From positions 12,888-38,905 of the forward strand of contig CAZRQM010000001.1 of the NCBI GenBank assembly GCA_964602385.1: a DNA stretch of 26,018 nucleotides, read 5' to 3'. The position numbers and the translations under genes were made by a program. Shown piece by piece: positions 6,988 to 15,573 of this stretch (positions within the stretch are counted from its first letter, which is position 1; each line of letters opens with the position of its first letter). The stretch comes from an uncultured Thermotogae bacterium. GTDB lineage: Bacteria; Bipolaricaulota; Bipolaricaulia; UBA7950; UBA9294. The notes below the pieces were generated by a model. It ran no database searches, had not been told where the DNA came from, and was given only the letters and a program-made list of their open reading frames with translations.

Positions 6988-7695
6988 CTACGGCAACTCC
7001 TCTGTTGAGAGTCTGTACCCGACACCCTGCTCCGTGTGTAGGAGCCGTGGACGTGCAGGGTCGGCCTCGATCTTCCGCCGTAGATTGCCCATATGCACTC
7101 GCAGGTGGTGAACACCTCCGGAGCGGTACGGCCCCCAGACCTCCCCACGCAGGAAGCGATGAGTAAGCACCCGGTCCGCATTCTCTATCAATGTCGTCAG
7201 TAGACGGTACTCAATCGGGGTGAGATGGACCTCCGTTCCGTCGACTGACACGCGACGCGTGTCCAGCTCGACTCGCAGAGTTCCCGCCTCGAAGACACCC
7301 TCCCCATCTACGGAAGCAGCCTGAGCGCAATGGCGCAACGCAACCCGCAAGCGCGCGTGAAGCTCAGAGACACTGAATGGCTTTGTAAGGTAGTCATCCG
7401 CGCCGCGATCAAGCGCCGCGACTTTGTCAAGGTCCTTGTTGCGCGCCGACACGATGATGATGGGGAGCTTCGACCACGAACGTACGACATCGATGATCTC
7501 CACTCCATCCATGTCAGGCAATCCCAGATCCAGGATGATCAGATCCGGAGGACGAGACTTGATCATCACTAGCGCTTGCCGGCCTGTCACAGCTTCCGCA
7601 AAGCGATAACCCTGTTGTTCCAGCGAGACGCGAAGAAACCGGCGGATGCCCGGCTCATCCTCAATGATCAGTATGAGTGGTCGGTCAGGCGACAT
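6988..7695 (-). CDS. kdpE: OmpR/PhoB-family response regulator KdpE
   Basis: Receiver motifs LIIEDE, IILDLGLPDMDG, ADDYLTKPFS. wHTH LRVHMGNLRRKIEADPARPRLLHTEQGVGYRL is typical of KdpE. Overlaps the kdpD stop by 11 nt. Confidence 0.93.
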   Translation of the reverse strand: MSPDRPLILIIEDEPGIRRFLRVSLEQQGYRFAEAVTGRQALVMIKSRPPDLIILDLGLPDMDGVEIIDVVRSWSKLPIIIVSARNKDLDKVAALDRGADDYLTKPFSVSELHARLRVALRHCAQAASVDGEGVFEAGTLRVELDTRRVSVDGTEVHLTPIEYRLLTTLIENADRVLTHRFLRGEVWGPYRSGGVHHLRVHMGNLRRKIEADPARPRLLHTEQGVGYRLSTEELP

Positions 7696-10417
7696 GTGCG
7701 TCGTTCCCTTCCTGATCTGTCGCGATGGTATCCCCTAACATGAGGCTTCCACCTTCGATCGGAAGAACGAACTTGAAGATCGCCCCACCATGCGGTCGCG
7801 GCTCAGCCCAGATCCGTCCGCCGTGCGCCAGGACGATTCCGCGACTGATCGCCAATCCCAGACCCGCGCCCCGTGAGCTGTCGCTCTGCACATTGCGCCC
7901 ACGGTAGAATTTGTCGAAGATCCGTTCGCATTCGTGCGGGTCGAGACCGACGCCGCGATCGGTGACGGAGATCTCAATTCCCGCCTCCGTCTGACGCGCC
8001 GCAACGTCAATCGACGTCTCTTCAGAGGAGTACTTGGCCGCGTTGTCCAGAAGGTTCTGCATCACCTGTTCGATGAGCAATCCATCCAGCGGTACCAACA
8101 GAGGCTCTTCGGGAATGTCGAGGCGTATCTTCCTTCCGCGAAGCGCTCGCTTTTGCCTCTCAAGTGAGGATCCGATGACCTCGTCAATCGGCTGCCATTC
8201 CTTCTCAATTCGGAGGCTTCCTGACTCAAGACGAGTAAGCTGGAGGAGGTTCTCAAGGAGTTGATTGAGATGATCAGCCTCTTCAGATATCCCTTCCGCC
8301 AGTTCCCTGCGCGTTTCGGCATCAAGATTCCCTTCGACAAGTATGTCGGCGGACCCGGCAATGGAGGTCAAGGGAGTTCGCAGATCGTGTGAGACGGCGC
8401 TGAGGAGAGAGCTGCGCAGCTTCTCCACCTCGGCTTGCGCGAGGACAGCCTGCGTCTCCTGTGCCAGTTGGTCCCGTTCCAGAGCCAGGGCGATCTGCGT
8501 GGCGATGACCTTGAGAAGCTGGCGTTGCTCGAAACTAAGCAACTGCTCCGAATTCTCAGGGTTCCAGGCCAGCACTCCGACGGTTGCATTGGGCGTCGTA
8601 AGTGGGATGTACAGGGCCTGTGCATCCGGCATGGCATCCGTTCCCCATCCTGCCATCTGGTTATGCTCGAAAACCCACTTCGCAGCCTCACGCGCGTCTA
8701 CCCAGTCCGTTTTCCCCGCGGCATGTCTCGATACAATGCTTAGGTCACCATCCCGGACCAGGAAGAAGGCGATCTCGCCGCTGAAAATAGAAACGAGCTC
8801 CTCTTGTGCTGCCTGCACCAGCTGCAGTTCGCCAGGAATCCCTGCTAGCCGATGACTCACTCGATAGAGGACTTCGGTGCGACGTTCCTTCTCTCGCGAT
8901 AGATCGATCTGTTCGCGAATCCTTGCGGTTAGCGCACTAATAACAAGTGTGATAACGAGCATTACTGAGAACGTGTATAAGTACTCGGGATTGTCAACAA
9001 CAAACGTGAATCGAGGTGATGTGAAGAAAAAGTTGAAGAGTAGCACGCCTGCAATCGACGACAAGATCGCAGGTCCACGGCCAAGCCGTACAGCGGAAAC
9101 AACGACTGCAAGAAGATAAGTCATGACGAAAGTGGCATCCGTCAGTCCAACCCAGTTGAACAGACCAGCAACCCCAGTGGCCAGGATCACGAAGCCAACC
9201 GCCCAGCCGTAGACAACTACTAACCGATAGCGCTGAGGCGCTCCAGCTGCCGAGGGTGTGCTTTCTTCAGCGCTCCTGATCACATAGACATCGATGTCGC
9301 CACTCCGGGAGGTCAGCCGGTCCGCCGGTGATCGTCGCCAGAACCGCAAGCCCCGGCCACGTGCCCCCTTCCCAACCACGATTCTTGTGACATTGCGAGA
9401 GGCGGCGTACTTCAAGATCTCCTCGACAATGTCCTCTCCGGTTAGCTTAACCGTCTCGGCGCCGAGTTGTTCACTAAGCCGCAGGTTTCGGTTCAGCAGC
9501 TCTTTGCTCCTCACATCCTGTTTCCGAAGAGGAACTTCCGGGTACACGACCACCCATTCCGCATGCAGCGCATTCGCCATTCGCTGGGCAGCGCGGATGA
9601 GCTTGGCGGAATCCGAGCCTGCTTCGAGATAGACAAGAAGACGCTCGGTCGTCGCCAATGTGTGGGAGCGCGGTTGCTGTGGGTGCATTGTCCGTATGTC
9701 TCGCCCCACACGATCTGCCAAGCAACGCATGGCAAGCTCTCGAAGCGCAACTAGATTTGGCTTACGAAAGATTTCATCCGCATCATGAACCATCCGCTCT
9801 GGCACATGCACTTTGCCTTCCCGAAAACGCTCAAGCAACTCGTCAGGCGAGAGGTCCACAAGCGTGATCTCACTAGCCTCATCAAGAAACCGGTCAGGAA
9901 CAGTCTCGCGGGTCAGGACGCCGGTGATCTGCGCCACTGATTCATTCAGGCTTTCGATGTCCTGGACATTCAACGTCGTCCAGACATCAATGCCCGCACT
10001 TAGAAGTTCCTCGACATCCTGCCAGCGTTTCCGATTGCGGCCATCCGCGCTGTTTGTGTGGGCTAGATCATCAAGCAAGATCAAGTCAGGGTGCCGAGCC
10101 AATGCTGCGTCAAGATCGAAGACTCGGGAGTGCCCGTCGCCCAACGGTTGAGCTTCCTCTTGGAGCATGTTGTGCTCCCGAAGCAGGGATGCCAAGCCCG
10201 TGCTGCCGTGAAGTTCGGTGTGGCCGACAAGTAAGCGCTTGCCCGATCCTTTTGCAGCGACAGCCGCTTCGATCATTGCATAGGTCTTGCCAACCCCAGG
10301 GGAGTACCCGAAGAAAATTCTGAGCCGCCCTCTGAGCCGCCGACTGCCAACGCCATTGTTGACGACAGCATCATGCAGGGCCTTGTCTCTATCAATGCCA
10401 ACTTCTTGGCGTTCCAT
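7685..10417 (-). CDS. kdpD: Sensor histidine kinase KdpD (910 aa)
   Basis: KdpD N-terminal domain (GYSPGVGKTYAM, LAHTN, KRWQDVEELL, RETVPD), Usp domain, 4-TM segment, GAF, HisKA (SHDLRTPL) and HATPase (NLLDNAAKY, GAGLGLAI). ATG 10417 has a GGAGGTG SD. Confidence 0.96.
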   Translation of the reverse strand: MERQEVGIDRDKALHDAVVNNGVGSRRLRGRLRIFFGYSPGVGKTYAMIEAAVAAKGSGKRLLVGHTELHGSTGLASLLREHNMLQEEAQPLGDGHSRVFDLDAALARHPDLILLDDLAHTNSADGRNRKRWQDVEELLSAGIDVWTTLNVQDIESLNESVAQITGVLTRETVPDRFLDEASEITLVDLSPDELLERFREGKVHVPERMVHDADEIFRKPNLVALRELAMRCLADRVGRDIRTMHPQQPRSHTLATTERLLVYLEAGSDSAKLIRAAQRMANALHAEWVVVYPEVPLRKQDVRSKELLNRNLRLSEQLGAETVKLTGEDIVEEILKYAASRNVTRIVVGKGARGRGLRFWRRSPADRLTSRSGDIDVYVIRSAEESTPSAAGAPQRYRLVVVYGWAVGFVILATGVAGLFNWVGLTDATFVMTYLLAVVVSAVRLGRGPAILSSIAGVLLFNFFFTSPRFTFVVDNPEYLYTFSVMLVITLVISALTARIREQIDLSREKERRTEVLYRVSHRLAGIPGELQLVQAAQEELVSIFSGEIAFFLVRDGDLSIVSRHAAGKTDWVDAREAAKWVFEHNQMAGWGTDAMPDAQALYIPLTTPNATVGVLAWNPENSEQLLSFEQRQLLKVIATQIALALERDQLAQETQAVLAQAEVEKLRSSLLSAVSHDLRTPLTSIAGSADILVEGNLDAETRRELAEGISEEADHLNQLLENLLQLTRLESGSLRIEKEWQPIDEVIGSSLERQKRALRGRKIRLDIPEEPLLVPLDGLLIEQVMQNLLDNAAKYSSEETSIDVAARQTEAGIEISVTDRGVGLDPHECERIFDKFYRGRNVQSDSSRGAGLGLAISRGIVLAHGGRIWAEPRPHGGAIFKFVLPIEGGSLMLGDTIATDQEGNDAHVA

Positions 10418-10439
10418 AGTCACCTCCACCGCGCGATGC

Positions 10440-10470
10440 ATTCTATCACAGATAGGCGATCCGCCCGCAA
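10440..10470 (-). promoter_or_regulatory. Extended -10 promoter for kdpDE
   Basis: Minus strand TGTGaTAGAAT (10440-10450), with TTGCGG (10465-10470) at a long 19 nt spacer. The implied short leader contains the SD. Confidence 0.6.
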
Positions 10471-10575
10471 TTCTTGCCAATGAACCTGAAGAACGGTGAT
10501 ATGAGACATTCTAATCGCATTTTCTCCTTCGTCCAGCAACTTGCCGGCACCTCCTCGGCCACGGAGGGTCTCTCT

Positions 10576-10584
10576 TGATATAAT
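10576..10584 (+). promoter_or_regulatory. Extended -10 promoter for yraN-comM
   Basis: TGaTATAAT, 9 nt upstream of the ATG at 10594. Confidence 0.55.
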
Positions 10585-10593
10585 GGAGACCAG

Positions 10594-10965
10594 ATGATGA
10601 ACAGAAGAGAACGGATCGGAAAAGAAGGAGAGCGTGTCGCCTGTCTGTACCTACGACAACACGGGTATGCGCTTATCGAACGCAATTGGCGGTGCCGATT
10701 CGGGGAGATCGACATCATCGCCCGTGACGGGGGCACGCTTGCCTTTGTCGAGGTGAAGCGGCGCTCCGGTTCCGGATACGGTGGGGCGGAAGGGGCGCTC
10801 ACCCTGCGCAAGCAGCGGCGAATAGTGACTGCCGCACGGATGTACCTTTCGCAGACGCAGAGTGACCTTCCTGTGCGGTTCGACCTTGTCGCGATGGAGG
10901 AAGGAAGGATGACTTTGCTCAAGAATGCGTTTCAACTGGAGGAACGGTGTACGCCCGCCTTATAA
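10594..10965 (+). CDS. yraN: YraN family (UPF0102) PD-(D/E)xK nuclease
   Basis: GKEGERVA...YLRQHGY..IERNWRCRFGEIDIIARDGGTLAFVEVKRR...KQRRI...VRFDLVA. Confidence 0.95.
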   Translation: MMNRRERIGKEGERVACLYLRQHGYALIERNWRCRFGEIDIIARDGGTLAFVEVKRRSGSGYGGAEGALTLRKQRRIVTAARMYLSQTQSDLPVRFDLVAMEEGRMTLLKNAFQLEERCTPAL

Positions 10966-12479
10966 GTAGCGTCGTTGTGGGGATCGAGGCACGCCTCGTG
11001 GAGATCCAGTCCGACGTTACCGGCGGTCTGCCCGCGTTTCAGGTCGTGGGACTGCCGGAGAAGGAGGTCAGCGAGAGCAGGGAACGGGTGCGCTCGGCGA
11101 TCAAGAACTCCGGTTTTTCCTTCCCGGCAAAGCGCATCACCGCCAATCTTGCCCCGGCCGATCTGCGCAAGGAGGGAGTGGGGTTCGACCTTCCGATCGC
11201 CCTAGCGATCCTTCTCGCTTCGGAGCAGATTACATCGATAAATCGAAGGTACGTCATCGTCGGAGAGCTGTCTTTGGACGGCGAAGTCCGCCACGTGCCG
11301 GGAGTTCTCCCGATCGCCATGCTGAATGCTTTGGGAGACTATGCTGGCCTGATAGTACCCGAGCAGAATGCCACTGAGGCCGCCCTCGTCGATAGCGTTC
11401 CCGTCTATCCCGTCTCGAGCCTCGCGCAAGCGGCGGCGTTCATTGCGGGACTCGTGCCCATCGAGCCGTTCACGGTCGATCGTCAGGCGCTTCTCGAGCA
11501 TGCGTACGCTCCGCCGGATGTTGACCTATCCGATGTGAAGGGACAGGAGATGGCAAAACGGGCGCTGGAGATCGCCGCGGCCGGTGGCCACAACTTGATG
11601 ATGAGCGGTCCTCCGGGCGCGGGGAAGAGCATGCTTGCTCACTGTCTGCCCGGGATACTCCCACCCCTCTCGTTCGAGGAAGCGCTGGAGGTGACGCGCG
11701 TCTACAGCATCGCCGGCCTGCTCGAAGCGGAGACCCCTCTCATCACCCTTCCCCCGTTTCGTGCGCCGCACCAGACCATTTCATACGCGGGGATGGTCGG
11801 AGGCGGACATGGCCTTCCCGGGCCCGGGGAGATTACGCTTGCTCACCATGGGGTGCTCTTCCTGGATGAGACTCCGGAGTTCGACCGGCATGTGCTGGAG
11901 ACACTGCGCCAGCCGCTCGAGGATCGATCGATCCTCCTGTCGCGTGCGGGCGTGTCGGTACGCTATCCAGCGAGTTTCACCCTCATCGGAGCGATGAACC
12001 CCTGCCCCTGCGGGCACCTTGGCGATCACACCCATCCCTGTACGTGCACGTTGAGTGACATCAAGCGTTACCGTAAGAGACTCTCCGGACCATTCCTCGA
12101 TCGGATCGACCTCTTCGTCGAGGTCCCTCGCCTTACCACGGATGAGCTCCTCGCCCGCCCGCGAGGAGAGAGCTCGTCTTCGGTCCGTGAGAGGGTAAAA
12201 GAGGCAAGGAGAATACAGCTGGATCGATTTCGAAAGACTCCCGGTCGCTTCACGAATGCGCAGTTGACGACGAAAGAGATCGAAACGTACTGCGTGCTCG
12301 ATAAGGAGGGGCGGGGGCTCATCGAGCTTGCCATCAGGCGCCTTGGCTTGAGCGCCCGCGCTTACACGCGTACACTGAAGGTAGCGCGGACAATCGCCGA
12401 TCTGGACAATTCAGGCAACATCACAAGCGCTCACCTGGCGGAGGCGATTCAGTATCGCGCAAGCGACGATGCCCTGTGA
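10947..12479 (+). CDS. comM: ComM/YifB Mg-chelatase-related AAA+ ATPase
   Basis: FQVVGLPEKEVSESRERVRSAIKNSGF; NLAPADLRKEGVGFDLPIA; Walker A GPPGAGKS; GEITLAHHGVLFLDE; Zn motif NPCPCG..C.C; SGPFLDRIDL; LSARAYTR. GTG start with GGAGGA SD, overlapping yraN by 19 nt. Confidence 0.95.
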   Translation: MYARLISSVVVGIEARLVEIQSDVTGGLPAFQVVGLPEKEVSESRERVRSAIKNSGFSFPAKRITANLAPADLRKEGVGFDLPIALAILLASEQITSINRRYVIVGELSLDGEVRHVPGVLPIAMLNALGDYAGLIVPEQNATEAALVDSVPVYPVSSLAQAAAFIAGLVPIEPFTVDRQALLEHAYAPPDVDLSDVKGQEMAKRALEIAAAGGHNLMMSGPPGAGKSMLAHCLPGILPPLSFEEALEVTRVYSIAGLLEAETPLITLPPFRAPHQTISYAGMVGGGHGLPGPGEITLAHHGVLFLDETPEFDRHVLETLRQPLEDRSILLSRAGVSVRYPASFTLIGAMNPCPCGHLGDHTHPCTCTLSDIKRYRKRLSGPFLDRIDLFVEVPRLTTDELLARPRGESSSSVRERVKEARRIQLDRFRKTPGRFTNAQLTTKEIETYCVLDKEGRGLIELAIRRLGLSARAYTRTLKVARTIADLDNSGNITSAHLAEAIQYRASDDAL

Positions 12480-12598
12480 TAAGTGTCCACGCGGGGGCGG
12501 GAGGATTCACAGAAAATACACATTGTGTTTGTATAGTTACGAAATGTGTGGCTCTCGTATAGACTGGTCTTGTTAGCCATTACCCATAAGGAGGAAAG

Positions 12599-14764
12599 AT
12601 GAGACGTAGCTTATTACTTATCCTGGGATGCCTGTTGATCGTTGGATTGAGCGTGGCGGCAGCGAACTTCCCGCTCATCGTGTCGGGGATCTCCATCGAC
12701 GGAAACGTGAAGATCAAGACGAGCGACATCGTGAAGGCGATCGCCTTTCACGCTGGGGACGAGATAACATCCGATCAACTGAAGGCGGCGTCGCAAGCGG
12801 TCTACGATCTTGGCTGGTTCAGCGATGTGATCCCGGAGGTCGACGATACGGGGATGGTGACGTTCAAGCTGACGGAGAACCCGATGGTGAAGAAGATTGA
12901 GATTACGGGAAACGTCAACACTGAGCCATTCAGCATCCTTGGGTTCACCCTCTTTCGCGCACGCATCATGACGAGTGACAAGGCACGCAGCATCCTGCGT
13001 GATAACGGAGTAAAAACAGGGAAAGTCCTTAACAATAACTCGTTGAAGGATGGGCTGCAAGCGGTGATCGATGCCTACGACAAGAAGGGATACGCTCTTA
13101 TCATGATCGGGAAAGTGACCCCGGGTGAGACGCTGGGGATCCAGATCATCGAGGGCAGGGTGACGGCAAACGTGATCAGCGGCCTGTCGACCGTACCCGA
13201 GGCACTCGCCGAGGACATGATCGACCTACCGCTAAACGAGTGTTTGAAGAAGGCGGCGATCCAGCGGGTGATGTCAAACCTGCAAGGGTCGGTCTACTTC
13301 TCGAATGTTGATGTCAAGCCGCAGCAGGGCGGAACGCCTGATTCCGTGCGGCTCTTGTGGACACTGACTGAGCGCGAATTGATAGACACGCCGATCACGA
13401 TCAGCGGGATTGACCTCTCGGGGGTGACGCTCTTCCCGCGACAGATCGCGGAGGGAGCAATCGGTGACATACCCCAGGGAGAGATCGATAACTACGGACT
13501 GCTGCAGGGTCTGCAGGGCCTGTTCAACCTCTACTATCGCAACGGATACGTCATGGTGAGGTTCGCCCCCGGGCAGGTCACAAACGGTCGCCTCCCGCTC
13601 ACCGTAGAGGAAGGGAAGATCGGAACGATCGACATCAGCGGGAACGATCACACAAAGACGTACGTGATAGAGAAGGTCTTTGGAATCAAGCCCGGTGATA
13701 TCTTAAATAAGAATCTACTAGCGGTTTCCTACCAGGGCCTCATGGCGCTCAAGTACTTCAACGCCGTGAACGTCAATCCAGAGTGGTCCGGTGACAGCGT
13801 TGCCCTCTCCGTCTCCGTCGTCGAGAATGCGAAGCTTGGCGGGATCAACGGATCCGTCGCCTTTTCCCCGGAAAGCGGGGGTCTCGTTGGCAAGCTCGAC
13901 TACAGCCAGAAGAACCTGCTGGGAACCGGGCAGGACCTCTCCTTCTCATTCAGCCGGGGGCTGGTGAACGATCAGAGCGCTACGTGGGACGTTGGGTACA
14001 GCACTGTCGCCTTCTTCCGCGCCTTCAATCGTGTGGGAGTGGACTTCTACCGCAAGAGCGATGAGAAGACTGACAGTGAGGGAAATACGACGACGTTCCT
14101 CAGCCTGGGGGGTACCGGATCAGTCAGCTACCCTGTTATGGACTACACGCACCTCTCCCTCTCCTACAAACACGAAACGGTGAGTGCCTCGGATGATCCC
14201 GCCTGGCACCCGATCGATTCCATCACAACCGGGCTTGGCTACGATGACGTGAACAACCCTCACTTTCCCACATCCGGGAACAGGCGTTCGTTGACGCTGG
14301 AGAAGGCAGGCGGATTTGCCCCGGGGCCGGAGTATGCCAAGCTCAACCTGGGCTGGGTACACTTCGCGCCGGTCTACATAAACCTTCCATTCATATCCGA
14401 GCGTGACCAAGTTCTCGCAGTGCGTTTGGCTGGCGGGTGGGGAGTGAACATCCCGTTCTCGCAGGCCTATGACCTGGGCGGGCCGGGTACCATTCGCGGG
14501 ACAAGCGCAAGCCAAGTGCAGCGGCTCGCGTACGCGAACTTTGAGTACCGCCTGGCTGTAGTAGAAGGGCTTACAGGAACGCTCTTCGTCGATACTGGTG
14601 TTTCCCTTGACCACGTCAACCTCTCGGCGGCAAAGGGATCGTTTGGGATCGAGTTCGGAATTGAGGCGGCGGGAATGTATGTCCGCCTGGACATGGCGTG
14701 GGTCCTGGGCCCGAACATGGGATGGGTCCCACACTTCGATTTCGGGTTCAGCCCGATGTTCTAG
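12599..14764 (+). CDS. bamA: Omp85/BamA family outer membrane protein assembly factor
   Basis: Signal peptide, five POTRA-like repeats, barrel start (DYSQKNLLGTGQDLS), FVDTG motif, C-terminal Phe. SD AAGGAGG. Followed by skp. Confidence 0.88.
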   Translation: MRRSLLLILGCLLIVGLSVAAANFPLIVSGISIDGNVKIKTSDIVKAIAFHAGDEITSDQLKAASQAVYDLGWFSDVIPEVDDTGMVTFKLTENPMVKKIEITGNVNTEPFSILGFTLFRARIMTSDKARSILRDNGVKTGKVLNNNSLKDGLQAVIDAYDKKGYALIMIGKVTPGETLGIQIIEGRVTANVISGLSTVPEALAEDMIDLPLNECLKKAAIQRVMSNLQGSVYFSNVDVKPQQGGTPDSVRLLWTLTERELIDTPITISGIDLSGVTLFPRQIAEGAIGDIPQGEIDNYGLLQGLQGLFNLYYRNGYVMVRFAPGQVTNGRLPLTVEEGKIGTIDISGNDHTKTYVIEKVFGIKPGDILNKNLLAVSYQGLMALKYFNAVNVNPEWSGDSVALSVSVVENAKLGGINGSVAFSPESGGLVGKLDYSQKNLLGTGQDLSFSFSRGLVNDQSATWDVGYSTVAFFRAFNRVGVDFYRKSDEKTDSEGNTTTFLSLGGTGSVSYPVMDYTHLSLSYKHETVSASDDPAWHPIDSITTGLGYDDVNNPHFPTSGNRRSLTLEKAGGFAPGPEYAKLNLGWVHFAPVYINLPFISERDQVLAVRLAGGWGVNIPFSQAYDLGGPGTIRGTSASQVQRLAYANFEYRLAVVEGLTGTLFVDTGVSLDHVNLSAAKGSFGIEFGIEAAGMYVRLDMAWVLGPNMGWVPHFDFGFSPMF

Positions 14765-14765
14765 G

Positions 14766-14794
14766 ATGAAAGGAAGAAGGCCGGATCCTATAAT
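14766..14794 (+). promoter_or_regulatory. Sigma70-type internal promoter upstream of skp
   Basis: ATGAAA (14766-14771), 17 nt spacer, TATAAT (14789-14794), followed by AAGGAGG SD and ATG 14827. Confidence 0.55.
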
Positions 14795-14826
14795 CTAGCG
14801 TGCTGTTAACAAAAGGAGGAAAAAGA

Positions 14827-15570
14827 ATGTCCAAAAACACACTCGTTGTATCAGTAGTCGCTCTTCTGCTTGCCGCTGTTGCCATCGTGCTTCAGTTCGT
14901 GATCCCTGCCGGTGGAGGCACGGACAGCACGGCGCAGATCACTGCCCTCACGAACAGGGTCGCCGCTCTTGAGGCGAACCCCGCCACTCCGCTCAAGGTG
15001 GCCTACATCAACGCCGAGGATGCGTTCTCGGTATTTACCGACGCGGTGAGCGACCTGCGCCAGAGGGCGATCGACAAGCAGGGTGAGATCGTGAAGCTGC
15101 AGCAGCAGTACATGGCGAGCACGATCTCCAAGGATGAGTTCGACAGCCAGAACAACCAACTGCAGGTCGAGTTGCTGCAGGCACAGCTCAACATCGATTT
15201 GGGGACGATCGAAAAGATGATCGCATCTACGGGCTTCTCCGACATGAAGAGCGACCTACAGCGACTGAAGGATGAGGCACAGCCGGTCGTCGATGAGATG
15301 AAAAACCTCGTCTCCACGGTGCGCGTTGGCGTGATCGACACGACTGAGTTCCAGAACCGGTACACGCAGGTAAAGAACGCATTTACGCAGCTCGATCAGC
15401 TACTCACGCAAGCAGCGACGGCGAAGATCGTGCAGGCAGCGGACAAGGTGGCGATGGACGAAGGATACGATCTGGTGCTGCGCACGAAGAACGTGATCGT
15501 CTATCGCAACACCGCCAAACTGACCGACATAACTGAGCTCGTGAAGCATGAGCTCTCGTCTTATCTGTAG
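14827..15570 (+). CDS. skp: OmpH/Skp-family periplasmic chaperone, elongated (247 aa)
   Basis: N-terminal hydrophobic helix; LKVAYINAEDAF; long helical region; C-terminal KIVQAADKVAMDEGYDLVL...VIVY...DITELV, the OmpH signature. Position directly after bamA. Confidence 0.8.
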   Translation: MSKNTLVVSVVALLLAAVAIVLQFVIPAGGGTDSTAQITALTNRVAALEANPATPLKVAYINAEDAFSVFTDAVSDLRQRAIDKQGEIVKLQQQYMASTISKDEFDSQNNQLQVELLQAQLNIDLGTIEKMIASTGFSDMKSDLQRLKDEAQPVVDEMKNLVSTVRVGVIDTTEFQNRYTQVKNAFTQLDQLLTQAATAKIVQAADKVAMDEGYDLVLRTKNVIVYRNTAKLTDITELVKHELSSYL

Positions 15571-15573
15571 GCA

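Noticed and set aside
10550-10567. CCTCC/GGAGG inverted repeat in the kdpD-yraN spacer
   Set aside because: Only 5 bp in GC-rich DNA, which is not distinguishable from chance.
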